This document shows, one piece after another, positions 1-7,265 of a stretch of 32,000 nt of DNA. Where the stretch lies: positions 2,220,001 to 2,252,000 of the forward strand of contig NZ_CP036280.1 in assembly GCF_007748075.1 (NCBI RefSeq), read 5' to 3'. The position numbers and the translations under genes were made by a program. The DNA is from Mucisphaera calidilacus (lineage in GTDB: Bacteria; Planctomycetota; Phycisphaerae; Phycisphaerales; Phycisphaeraceae). The notes below the pieces were generated by a model. That model did no database searches, was not told where the DNA came from, and saw nothing but the letters and a program-made list of their open reading frames with translations. Every line of letters starts with the position of its first letter. Positions within the stretch are counted from its first letter, which is position 1.

Positions 1-224
1 CGGCGCTTCGTGCGTCGGGTGAGGTTCAGCTGTCGCTGCTGGCGAGCCTGGCGGAGTCGGCGCGTTACAACGGCAACAAGCTCGATGATCGCCTGATCCG
101 AGGCGTGCGTGAGCTGGTGGTGTCGAGTGAGGGCGCGTTGGCCTTAGAGGCGGCCCGAGCCCACGGCGCATTGACGCTGCCCACGGAAAGCGGCGTCGAG
201 CAGGTTCTGCGTTACACCCGCTGA
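1..224 (+). CDS. 3' end of an unidentified protein (…ALRASGEVQLSLLASLAESARYNGNKLDDRLIRGVRELVV…VLRYTR*), runs off the window start
   Basis: Open frame 3 to TGA at 222-224. Third positions are G/T-rich like other + strand genes here. A terminator follows. No family recognised. Confidence 0.5.
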   Translation, partial: ALRASGEVQLSLLASLAESARYNGNKLDDRLIRGVRELVVSSEGALALEAARAHGALTLPTESGVEQVLRYTR

Positions 225-254
225 ATCAGTCAGAGCATTTTTGGCCCTTCAAGA

Positions 255-283
255 CCGTCTCGGCAACGAGGCGGTTTTTCTTT
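255..283 (+). terminator. Rho-independent terminator
   Basis: Stem CCGTCTCG (255-262) / CGAGGCGG (267-274) with one G-U pair and a GCAA loop, then TTTTTCTTT (275-283). Confidence 0.6.
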
Positions 284-326
284 GGCTGTGCTCAGGGTGA
301 GTGAGCCCGGAGTCGCTCGATTTGGA

Positions 327-1232
327 TCAGGCGAGGAGTTCGGCGAGGAGGCCCTTCTGGGCGTGGAGTCGGTTGTGGGCCTGGGGGATGACGCGGCTGC
401 GTGGGCCGTCGAAGACCTCGGCGGTGATCTCTTCGCCACGGTAGGCGGGCATGCAGTGGAGGACGATGGCGTGGTCGTTCGCGGCGGCGAGCATGTCGTC
501 GTCGACGCGGTAGCCGGCGAAGGCCTTCTTGCGGGCTTCTTTCTCGTCTTCCTGCCCCATAGAGGTGAAGGTGTCGGTGTAGACGGCGTCGGCGCCGGCG
601 ACGGCTTCGGCGGGGTCGGTGGTGAGGGTGGGTTTGAGGCCGAGTTGGGCCAGTTCGTCGACGAAGGCGGGGTCGAAGCCGTAGCCCTCGGGGCTGGCGA
701 GTCGGAAGCCCATGCCCAGCTTGGCGCAGGCGGCGGCGAAGCTGCGTGCGACGTTGTTGCCGTCGCCGACGTAGGCGATGTTGCGGCCGGTGAGGTCTTC
801 GCCGAACTCGTCGGAGAGGGTGAGGGCGTCGGCGAGTGCCTGTGCGGGGTGGGCGCGTTCGCTGAGCATGTTGACGACGGGTCTGCCGCTGAACTCGGCC
901 ATGGCCTCGAGGTCGGCGTGTGCGAAGACACGTGCGCCGATGATGTCGACCATGCCGCCGAGGACGCGTGCGACGTCCTGGACGGGCTCGCGTTTGCCGA
1001 GACCGACTTCGTGCTGACCGAGGACCATGGGGTGTCCGCCGAGGTCGAGGACGGCCTGCTCGAAGCTGACGCGTGTGCGTAGGCTGGGCTTCTGGAAGAG
1101 CAGGGCCATGGTGAGGCCGTTGAGGGGGGTGCCGGTGGCCTGGCCGCGTTGACCGCGGAGGGCGCGTGCCCGGCTGAGCATGGCCTTGACGGTATCGGCG
1201 GGTGTCTGAGCGATGGTGAGGAAGTGTTTCAT
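327..1232 (-). CDS. argF: Ornithine carbamoyltransferase
   Basis: 301 aa with the carbamoyl-phosphate motif SLRTR, HPAQ, DTFTSMG and HCMP (HCLP-type) motifs. Its start overlaps the argB stop (ATGA at 1229-1232). Confidence 0.93.
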   Translation of the reverse strand: MKHFLTIAQTPADTVKAMLSRARALRGQRGQATGTPLNGLTMALLFQKPSLRTRVSFEQAVLDLGGHPMVLGQHEVGLGKREPVQDVARVLGGMVDIIGARVFAHADLEAMAEFSGRPVVNMLSERAHPAQALADALTLSDEFGEDLTGRNIAYVGDGNNVARSFAAACAKLGMGFRLASPEGYGFDPAFVDELAQLGLKPTLTTDPAEAVAGADAVYTDTFTSMGQEDEKEARKKAFAGYRVDDDMLAAANDHAIVLHCMPAYRGEEITAEVFDGPRSRVIPQAHNRLHAQKGLLAELLA

Positions 1233-2146
1233 GAGGTGACCTGTGGTGCCTCTTCGAGAACGATTTCGGTTCCGATGCCCTGGTCGGTGTAGACCTCGAG
1301 GAGGAGGGCGTGTGGGATGCGTCCGTCGATGATGTGTGCCTTGCGGACGCCTGCCTCGAGCGCGATGAGGCTTGCTTCGACCTTGGGGAGCATGCCGGCG
1401 TTGATGACGCCTGTGTCGATGAGCTGTTCGATCTCGGCGCGTGAGAGGTGTCGGGCGAGGTCGTCTTCGTTGTCGGATCGTCGGATGCCGTGGGTGTCGC
1501 TGACGAGGACGATTTTCTCGGCTCGGACGGCGGCGGCGACGTGTCCGGCGACGGAGTCGGCGTTGATGTTGAGTTTTCCGCCGGCGCGGTCCTTGGCGAT
1601 GGGCGCGATGACGGGGACGTGGTCGGAGGAGACGAGTGCGCTGAGGAGCGGCGCGTTGACGCTGGTGACCTGTCCGACGAGCCCGATGTCGATCTTTCGG
1701 CCCTGCTCTCCTGGGAGTGCGAGGCGTTCGGCGAAGACGACACAGCTGGAGAGGCTGTGGAGGCCCATGGCCTGGGTTCCGCCCTGGATGAGTCGGTCGA
1801 CCATCTGTCGGTTGATGTCGTTGACGAGGACGTGCTCGGCGATGGCGAGGGTTCGTTCGTCGGTGTAGCGTCGTCCCTGTACGAATTCGGCTTCGATGCC
1901 GGCGTCGTTCATGGCGGCGGTGATGCCCTTGCCCCCGCCGTGGACGAGGATGGGTCTCATGCCGACGGCGGCCATGAAGCTGACGTCGTCGAGGAGTCGG
2001 CCGAGTGCGTCGGGCTGGTCCATGATGGATCCGCCGACCTTGACGACGACGGTCTTGCCGGCGAAGTCGCGGATGTAGGCGTGTGCCTCGACGAGGGCTT
2101 CTGCTTTTTGGATCGCTTCGTCCAAGGGTCTTCTCCGGTGTTTCAT
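1229..2146 (-). CDS. argB: Acetylglutamate kinase
   Basis: From MKHRRRPLDEAIQKAEALVEAHAYIRDFAGKTVVVKVGGS…, with typical amino-acid kinase fold motifs (VVKVGGS, VHGGG, NINAD). The ATG at 2146 is chosen over the longer R/H-rich track ORF. Translationally coupled to argF. Confidence 0.92.
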   Translation of the reverse strand: MKHRRRPLDEAIQKAEALVEAHAYIRDFAGKTVVVKVGGSIMDQPDALGRLLDDVSFMAAVGMRPILVHGGGKGITAAMNDAGIEAEFVQGRRYTDERTLAIAEHVLVNDINRQMVDRLIQGGTQAMGLHSLSSCVVFAERLALPGEQGRKIDIGLVGQVTSVNAPLLSALVSSDHVPVIAPIAKDRAGGKLNINADSVAGHVAAAVRAEKIVLVSDTHGIRRSDNEDDLARHLSRAEIEQLIDTGVINAGMLPKVEASLIALEAGVRKAHIIDGRIPHALLLEVYTDQGIGTEIVLEEAPQVTS

Positions 2147-2269
2147 CCGAAGTTTTTGCCCGATCGCGGGTTGGGTGGTCCGCGCGGGGGAATCCCTCAA
2201 ATTACTCCAGTTGAGGTTGTGGTTCAAGCGAGCGGGAGCGTTGTGGGCGGAGCGGTTAGAATCCGGGGT

Positions 2270-2701
2270 ATGAGATACCGCCCTGCTGCTGCTGCGATGC
2301 TGATTGTTGTTCTGTCCGGCTGTTCGTCGCCTGAACCTGTTGAGACCGAGGTGGCGGCTGATCGTCCGGTGGTGACGCTGCCTCTGGCGGTGGACTACGT
2401 GAGTCTGATGCAGACGTGGCCGGAGACGACGCACCTTTATCCGTCGGGTGATGTGCGTCATCCGTCGAACTATTTCGACGAGGTTCCGCACTTCGAGTCG
2501 GACCCGACGTTTGAGGCTACGCTGGAGTCGGCGTTGCTGGTGGCGATGTCGGGTGATCGCGCGTCGAACTGGAGCGGCGAGAACGTGGGTGGTGCGGCGG
2601 CGGAGCCTTTTGCGTTTCTGTATGACGTGGTGGCGATGCCGGTGCGTGTGTTTATTGACCCGCCCTGGGAGCTTGGGGTTTCGCCTGAGTCGCCCGAGTA
2701 G
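2270..2701 (+). CDS. Small lipoprotein, unknown function
   Basis: MRYRPAAAAMLIVVLSGCSSPE… is a signal peptide plus lipobox (LSGC). Codon third positions fit + strand genes. It is the only plausible part of the 417-aa track ORF. Confidence 0.6.
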   Translation: MRYRPAAAAMLIVVLSGCSSPEPVETEVAADRPVVTLPLAVDYVSLMQTWPETTHLYPSGDVRHPSNYFDEVPHFESDPTFEATLESALLVAMSGDRASNWSGENVGGAAAEPFAFLYDVVAMPVRVFIDPPWELGVSPESPE

Positions 2702-2741
2702 GGCCGGCTACCTGACCGGTATCACGCGTGTTGCGGGCGGA

Positions 2742-4253
2742 TCAGGCGTCGTCAGTGGTGTCTGCGGATTTATCGAGTTCGCCCGGGCGTGGCTTGCGGA
2801 GCAGGACGCGGTCGTTTTCGTTGAGTCCTTCGACGATTTCGACCATGGTTTCGCTGGCCTTGCCCATGGTGACGGGCTGCTGTCGGATGCGTGATCCGGA
2901 GGCGGGCAGGTAGACGTAGGCCTGATCGCCGATGACGTTGACGGCCTGGACGGGCACGGCGAGGACGTCTTCGACGCGTCCGGTGAAGATTTCGCCTGAG
3001 AGTCTCATGGCGGGTTTGAGGCTGAGGTCGAAACCGTCGGGGAGGTCGATGCGGACCTTGTATTCGCGGAGGTCGGGGTTGAGCCATCCGCCGGAGTCGG
3101 CGGTGACGCCAATGGTGGTGACCTGCCCCTCGACGGGGCTGTTGGGTCGTGCGTCGATGCGGATGATGGCGCGTTGGCCGACGGTGACCTGCGGGAGCAG
3201 GGCTTCGTGGACCTTGAGGACGGCGGCCATCTGCGTGATGTCGGGGAGGTAAATGAGGGACTCGTTGTTGCGGACTTCGCGTCCGACTGAGAGTGGGTCG
3301 CCACGTCGCCACTCGGGTCCGATGGAGGTGGCGTAGACGACGAGTCCGGGTGAGGGTGCCTTGATGATGGTGTTCTCGAGTTGTTCCTGGGTTTCCGTGA
3401 GGGCTTTTTCACGGAGTTCGAGGGTTCGTTTTTTGCTGCGGACGTCGCTCTCGTGCCTGGCGAGGTTTGACTCGTTCTTGGCGATGACGCGTTGGAGGTT
3501 GGCCTGTGCCTGTTCGACGGCGGTTTCTTTTTCCTGCTTCTGTTTGACGAAGTCGTATTGCTTGTAGATATCGATGGCGAGCTTGGAGGTTTCGAGGGCT
3601 TCCTTGGCTTCGATCTCGGCGATCTCGTCGTCTTCTTTTTCGTTGAGGCTGATGAACTTCTGCTCGTAGAGCTGGGTGCTGAGTTCGAGGTCGCGTTCGG
3701 TTCGGACGACTTTGCGTTGTGCTTTGTCGAGGTTGAGCTGGAGTTCGCGGAGTTTGGTGGGCACGTCGCCCTGCTCCCACTTGGCGAGTTCGAGTCGGGC
3801 GGAGTCGAGTTTGACCTCGGCGTCTTTCTGGGAGCTTTCGGCCTCGTTGCGTTGGATCTCGAGTTCGCGTTCGGCGGTGGTGAGGCTGAGTCGGGCGTTT
3901 TCGACGTCGAGTTGCTGGGATTCGAGTCGGTTGCTGATGTCCTGGTCGTCGAGTTGGACGAGGATGTCGCCCTCTTCGACCTTGCTTCCTTCGTCGATGA
4001 TGTAGGAGATGGCGGTTCGGCCGTTGACCTGGCACTTGAGTTCGATGCGTTCGCGTGACTCGAGTTCGCCGGTGGCGACGACGGTGAGGTCGAGGGACTG
4101 TCTTTCGACGGCGTACCAGTCTTCGGGTGCCTGTCCGGAGACGGAGGCGGCGCCGGCGGGCCCGGGCGAGAAGATGCTCCAGGCGAGGATGGCGATGGCG
4201 GCGGCGACGGCGGCGCCGATCCACCAGCGTCGGTTGGTTTTCTTGTCGGCCAT
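2742..4253 (-). CDS. HlyD-family periplasmic adaptor (membrane fusion protein) with a long coiled coil
   Basis: MADKKTNRRWWIGAAVAAAIAILAW is an N-terminal anchor. It is followed by lipoyl-like GDILVQLDD, ~200 aa of heptad-rich coiled coil, and beta-barrel/MP-domain motifs (IKAPSPGLV, GQRAIIRID). It starts 5 nt after the stop of the TolC-like gene. Confidence 0.85.
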   Translation of the reverse strand: MADKKTNRRWWIGAAVAAAIAILAWSIFSPGPAGAASVSGQAPEDWYAVERQSLDLTVVATGELESRERIELKCQVNGRTAISYIIDEGSKVEEGDILVQLDDQDISNRLESQQLDVENARLSLTTAERELEIQRNEAESSQKDAEVKLDSARLELAKWEQGDVPTKLRELQLNLDKAQRKVVRTERDLELSTQLYEQKFISLNEKEDDEIAEIEAKEALETSKLAIDIYKQYDFVKQKQEKETAVEQAQANLQRVIAKNESNLARHESDVRSKKRTLELREKALTETQEQLENTIIKAPSPGLVVYATSIGPEWRRGDPLSVGREVRNNESLIYLPDITQMAAVLKVHEALLPQVTVGQRAIIRIDARPNSPVEGQVTTIGVTADSGGWLNPDLREYKVRIDLPDGFDLSLKPAMRLSGEIFTGRVEDVLAVPVQAVNVIGDQAYVYLPASGSRIRQQPVTMGKASETMVEIVEGLNENDRVLLRKPRPGELDKSADTTDDA

Positions 4254-4257
4254 GTGG

Positions 4258-6054
4258 TTACCCTCCCGATTCGGGTTGAGGCTGTGTTTGGGTGGCGTCG
4301 TCGATGGGGACGAGTTTCCCGGGCGGCATCCACGAGCCGTCGGCGGCGACGCGCATCTGCCCGGTGTTGAGCAGGTAGTCGAGGACGCGGATGCGCAGGT
4401 TGGCGGCAGCCTGATCGCGTGCGTTGCGTGCTTCGAGGAGGTCTTCCTCGGCGTCGATGACGTCGCGGGGTCCGAGCGTACGTTCGCGGAGTCGGACGCC
4501 TTCGAGTCGTCGTTCGTTGAGCTGGACGCCTCGTGTCTGGAGTTCGAGCGTGTAGCGGGCCTGGTCGATGCCACGGATGGAATCACGGACCTGGAGGACG
4601 ACGCGGTCGCGTTCGACGCGGAAGTCGCGTTCGTTCTGCTCGAGTCGGACGCGTGAGCGTCTGAGTTCGGCCTGTTCGATGCGTCGGTCGATGGGAGCGC
4701 CGAGGGTCATGCCGAGGGCGTAGTCGCCTCGGCCGAGGTCGAAGTTGACGCCGCCGAAGTCTCGGTCGGATCGTGTGCGGAGGTCGAGGGAGGCGTCGAG
4801 GTCGAGGTCGGCCTTCATGTTGTTCTCGGCGACCTTGACGGCTCGTCGTGTGTCGTCGACGCGGTCGCGTCGTGTTTGCAGGTCGAGGCGGTTGTCCATG
4901 GCGGTGTTGACGGACTGGGTGACGTTGAGGACGGGCTCGGGGACGAGGACCTCGGCGGGTACGAGGATGAGGGGGTCGGTGATGGGCATGCCGAGGCGCA
5001 GCTTGAGCAGGTCGATGGCGGTGGCGTAGCGTTCCTCGACGTTGAGGAGGCTGTTGCGGTTGCTGAGGACGGTCTGCTGTGCGTCCTCGGCCTGGAAGAC
5101 GGCCTCGCGTCCGGCCTCGGCGAGTGAGGCGAAGCGAGCGGCGAGTCGTTCGTTGGAGATGAGCTGGCGGCGGACGTTCTCGATCTGTTCCTGCTGGGCG
5201 ATGAGGTCGAAGTAGGAGCGTGAGAGGTCGACGAGGAACTCGCGTCGGAAGCGTTCGAAGTCGCGGACGGCGTAGATGAGGTCGCGTTCGGCCTGGATGC
5301 GTGATTCCTGAGCGACCTTGCCGGCGCCGCGGAGGAGGGGGAGGTCGAGGTCGAGGCTGAGGGTGGTTCCCTGGGATCCGAAGGAGCCGGTGCTGGCGGA
5401 GGACTTGCGGAGGAGGTTGGTGTAGTCGACGAGTGCGGTGGCGGAGATGTCGCCGCCGTAGGGCAGTCTTCGGCTGACGGTGAAGTCGTTGATGAGGTTC
5501 AGGGCCTGCTCGTGGTCGCCTGCTTCGGGGATGTCGCCCTGGAGCCGGGCGGTGGTTGTGTTGAAGAAGCGTGGCCCCCACTGGTGGCGTTCGATGATGA
5601 GGTCGAGCGTCTGGAGGAAGATGACTTCTTTCTGCCGTCGGTACTCGGGTGCGTTGGCGATGGCGAAGGCGAGGAGTCCTTCGAGGTCGAGTCGTGTGGC
5701 GTATTCGTTGTCGGGGTCGAGTGGTGATGCGACCTCGGCGTAGATGAGGGCGTCGCCGGTGCGCATCTGCCGGCCTGACGGCTGTGTGGTGAGTTGGTTT
5801 GTGGTGGGGTTGGTGGACTGGGGTTCGCGGTCGTACTGGGTTGGTGTCTGGGTGGCGCGTCCCTGTCCGATGGTGTCGATGGGTTCGCCTCGGGATGCGT
5901 CGGTGCCGAGGGTGAGGTCGCGTTCGCGTTCGATGAGACCGGAGAGCTCGTTGTCGAGTTCGTCGAGGGAGTCGTAGCCGCTGCACCCGGGGAGTTGAAG
6001 GGCGATGAAAGCGGCGGCCACCAACCCGAGGCACGCAGGCAAAAAGCTTCGCAT
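4258..6054 (-). CDS. TolC-family outer-membrane efflux lipoprotein
   Basis: MRSFLPACLGLVAAAFIALQLPGCSG is a lipobox. A ~120-aa low-complexity linker follows, then two OEP-type repeats (LDLEGLLAFAIANAPEYR…, LNVTQSVNTAMDNRLDLQ…). Confidence 0.85.
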   Translation of the reverse strand: MRSFLPACLGLVAAAFIALQLPGCSGYDSLDELDNELSGLIERERDLTLGTDASRGEPIDTIGQGRATQTPTQYDREPQSTNPTTNQLTTQPSGRQMRTGDALIYAEVASPLDPDNEYATRLDLEGLLAFAIANAPEYRRQKEVIFLQTLDLIIERHQWGPRFFNTTTARLQGDIPEAGDHEQALNLINDFTVSRRLPYGGDISATALVDYTNLLRKSSASTGSFGSQGTTLSLDLDLPLLRGAGKVAQESRIQAERDLIYAVRDFERFRREFLVDLSRSYFDLIAQQEQIENVRRQLISNERLAARFASLAEAGREAVFQAEDAQQTVLSNRNSLLNVEERYATAIDLLKLRLGMPITDPLILVPAEVLVPEPVLNVTQSVNTAMDNRLDLQTRRDRVDDTRRAVKVAENNMKADLDLDASLDLRTRSDRDFGGVNFDLGRGDYALGMTLGAPIDRRIEQAELRRSRVRLEQNERDFRVERDRVVLQVRDSIRGIDQARYTLELQTRGVQLNERRLEGVRLRERTLGPRDVIDAEEDLLEARNARDQAAANLRIRVLDYLLNTGQMRVAADGSWMPPGKLVPIDDATQTQPQPESGG

Positions 6055-6099
6055 GACGTTTAAGTCTACCCTCGTTGGGGGCGTCTGTCTGTGTCGCTT

Positions 6100-6882
6100 T
6101 CAGTCGAAGAGCGTGCGGGTTGCGGTGTCATCGGTCGGGGGCTGGTTGAGGGTGTCGCCTGTGGGCGTGGCGCAGGCGGCGTGATCGGTGCGGGGGTTGT
6201 TGAGTCTGCGGGCGACGGGCCATGCTTCGAGGGTGTGGTCGGGGAGGGGTTGGAGGAGTTCGGCGGCCGTGTCGGGGTCGTCGAGGTCGGGGCTGAGCCA
6301 TTGCGCCTGCCGATCGGGGTCGAGGATGACGGGCATGCGTGGTTTTTCGTTGTGGATCCAGCTCATGAGGCTGTTGGCTCTGGTTGTGAAGAGGGTTGCC
6401 CCCTCGATGGTGTTGCCCTGGCGGTCAGTCCATCGGCTGGTGATGCCTGCGAAGGCGTGGTGTCTGGCGTGGTTGGTGGGTCGGATGCACCAGGGCTGCT
6501 TGGGGCCGGTGAGCTGGCGTTGCCACTCGTAGAAGCCCTGGAAGGGGATGAGGCAGCGGCTGTGTCGGAGTGCGGAGCGGTAGATTCGACCGACGCCTTG
6601 GGTGTCGCGGGCCTTTTCGCTGACGGCGTTGTGCCAGGTTCGGTCGGGTCGCGGTTGCCGGGTTGGGGTGAAGTCCCACCAGACGCGGTTGAGTTGGGTT
6701 TGGTGGTGGTGGTTGCGTTGGACGATGGTGATGAGGTCGCGTGGGCCGATGTTGTGTCGGGCGTCGGTGCGGTGTGCGTAGGGGTGTGTGCCGGCGGGTG
6801 TGTGGCGGATGTCGGTGACCGAGACGCCGTAGAGGTCGGCGATGTCTTCGAGGTCGAGGGTGATGGTGAATCGGGCGCACAT
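6100..6882 (-). CDS. SOS-response-associated peptidase (SRAP / YedK-HMCES family), abasic-site processing protein
   Basis: Starts MCARF (catalytic Cys2). It has the family motifs CLIPFQGFYEW and RMPVIL. Residues beyond about 215 form an extension rich in Pro, Thr and Asp. Confidence 0.85.
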   Translation of the reverse strand: MCARFTITLDLEDIADLYGVSVTDIRHTPAGTHPYAHRTDARHNIGPRDLITIVQRNHHHQTQLNRVWWDFTPTRQPRPDRTWHNAVSEKARDTQGVGRIYRSALRHSRCLIPFQGFYEWQRQLTGPKQPWCIRPTNHARHHAFAGITSRWTDRQGNTIEGATLFTTRANSLMSWIHNEKPRMPVILDPDRQAQWLSPDLDDPDTAAELLQPLPDHTLEAWPVARRLNNPRTDHAACATPTGDTLNQPPTDDTATRTLFD

Positions 6883-6938
6883 ATGGGGATTTTAGGTCGC
6901 GGTGTGTCAATCGCGTCGATCTCCACTAGAGTCAGGAG

Positions 6939-7265
6939 ATGAGTGATACGAAGACAAATCGGAAGGGTCCGCGGCTGGAGGTGGTCGAGCCGATCGGCAA
7001 GCGTGTTCTGATCCGCAAGGATGAGGACCGGAAGCAGACGAAGTCGGGGATTCACCTGCCGGACAAGATTGAGATCCCGACGCTGACGGGTCGTGTGGTG
7101 ACGGTGTCGGTGGAGTTGACGGACGATCCGAACTACCCGATCGCGCAGTACGATCGCGTGCTGTTCAATCCGAAGGAAGCGATCCCGGTGGATTTTGAGG
7201 GTGACAACCGTTTGTTCGTGGTGCCGATCGAGAACATCGTGGCGGTGTTCCGGGCGGCGGAGTGA
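6939..7265 (+). CDS. groES: GroES-like co-chaperonin (Cpn10 family), orphan copy
   Basis: PIGKRVLIRKDEDRKQTKSGIHLPD… resembles the GroES N-terminal strand plus mobile-loop region. Length is 108 aa. No groEL follows. AGGAG abuts the ATG, so the start context is unusual. Confidence 0.7.
   Translation: MSDTKTNRKGPRLEVVEPIGKRVLIRKDEDRKQTKSGIHLPDKIEIPTLTGRVVTVSVELTDDPNYPIAQYDRVLFNPKEAIPVDFEGDNRLFVVPIENIVAVFRAAE

Noticed and set aside
292-1743. 483-aa minus-strand ORF overlapping argF and argB, together with similar long overlapping ORFs elsewhere: 3005-4333, 4583-6034, 7627-8706, 11164-12255, 19306-20841, 23998-25926 and 26132-27685.
   Set aside because: Their compositions are extreme: rich in P, R, T, S and H on the minus strand and rich in G, V, E, D and A on the plus strand. 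They lack motifs and lie out of frame or antisense to genes with unmistakable family signatures. They are the expected shadow ORFs of a high-GC, strongly skewed sequence.
6883-6938. A CIRCE (HrcA operator) inverted repeat upstream of the groES-like gene.
   Set aside because: There is no TTAGCACTC-N9-GAGTGCTAA-like element, and the spacer is only 56 bp.
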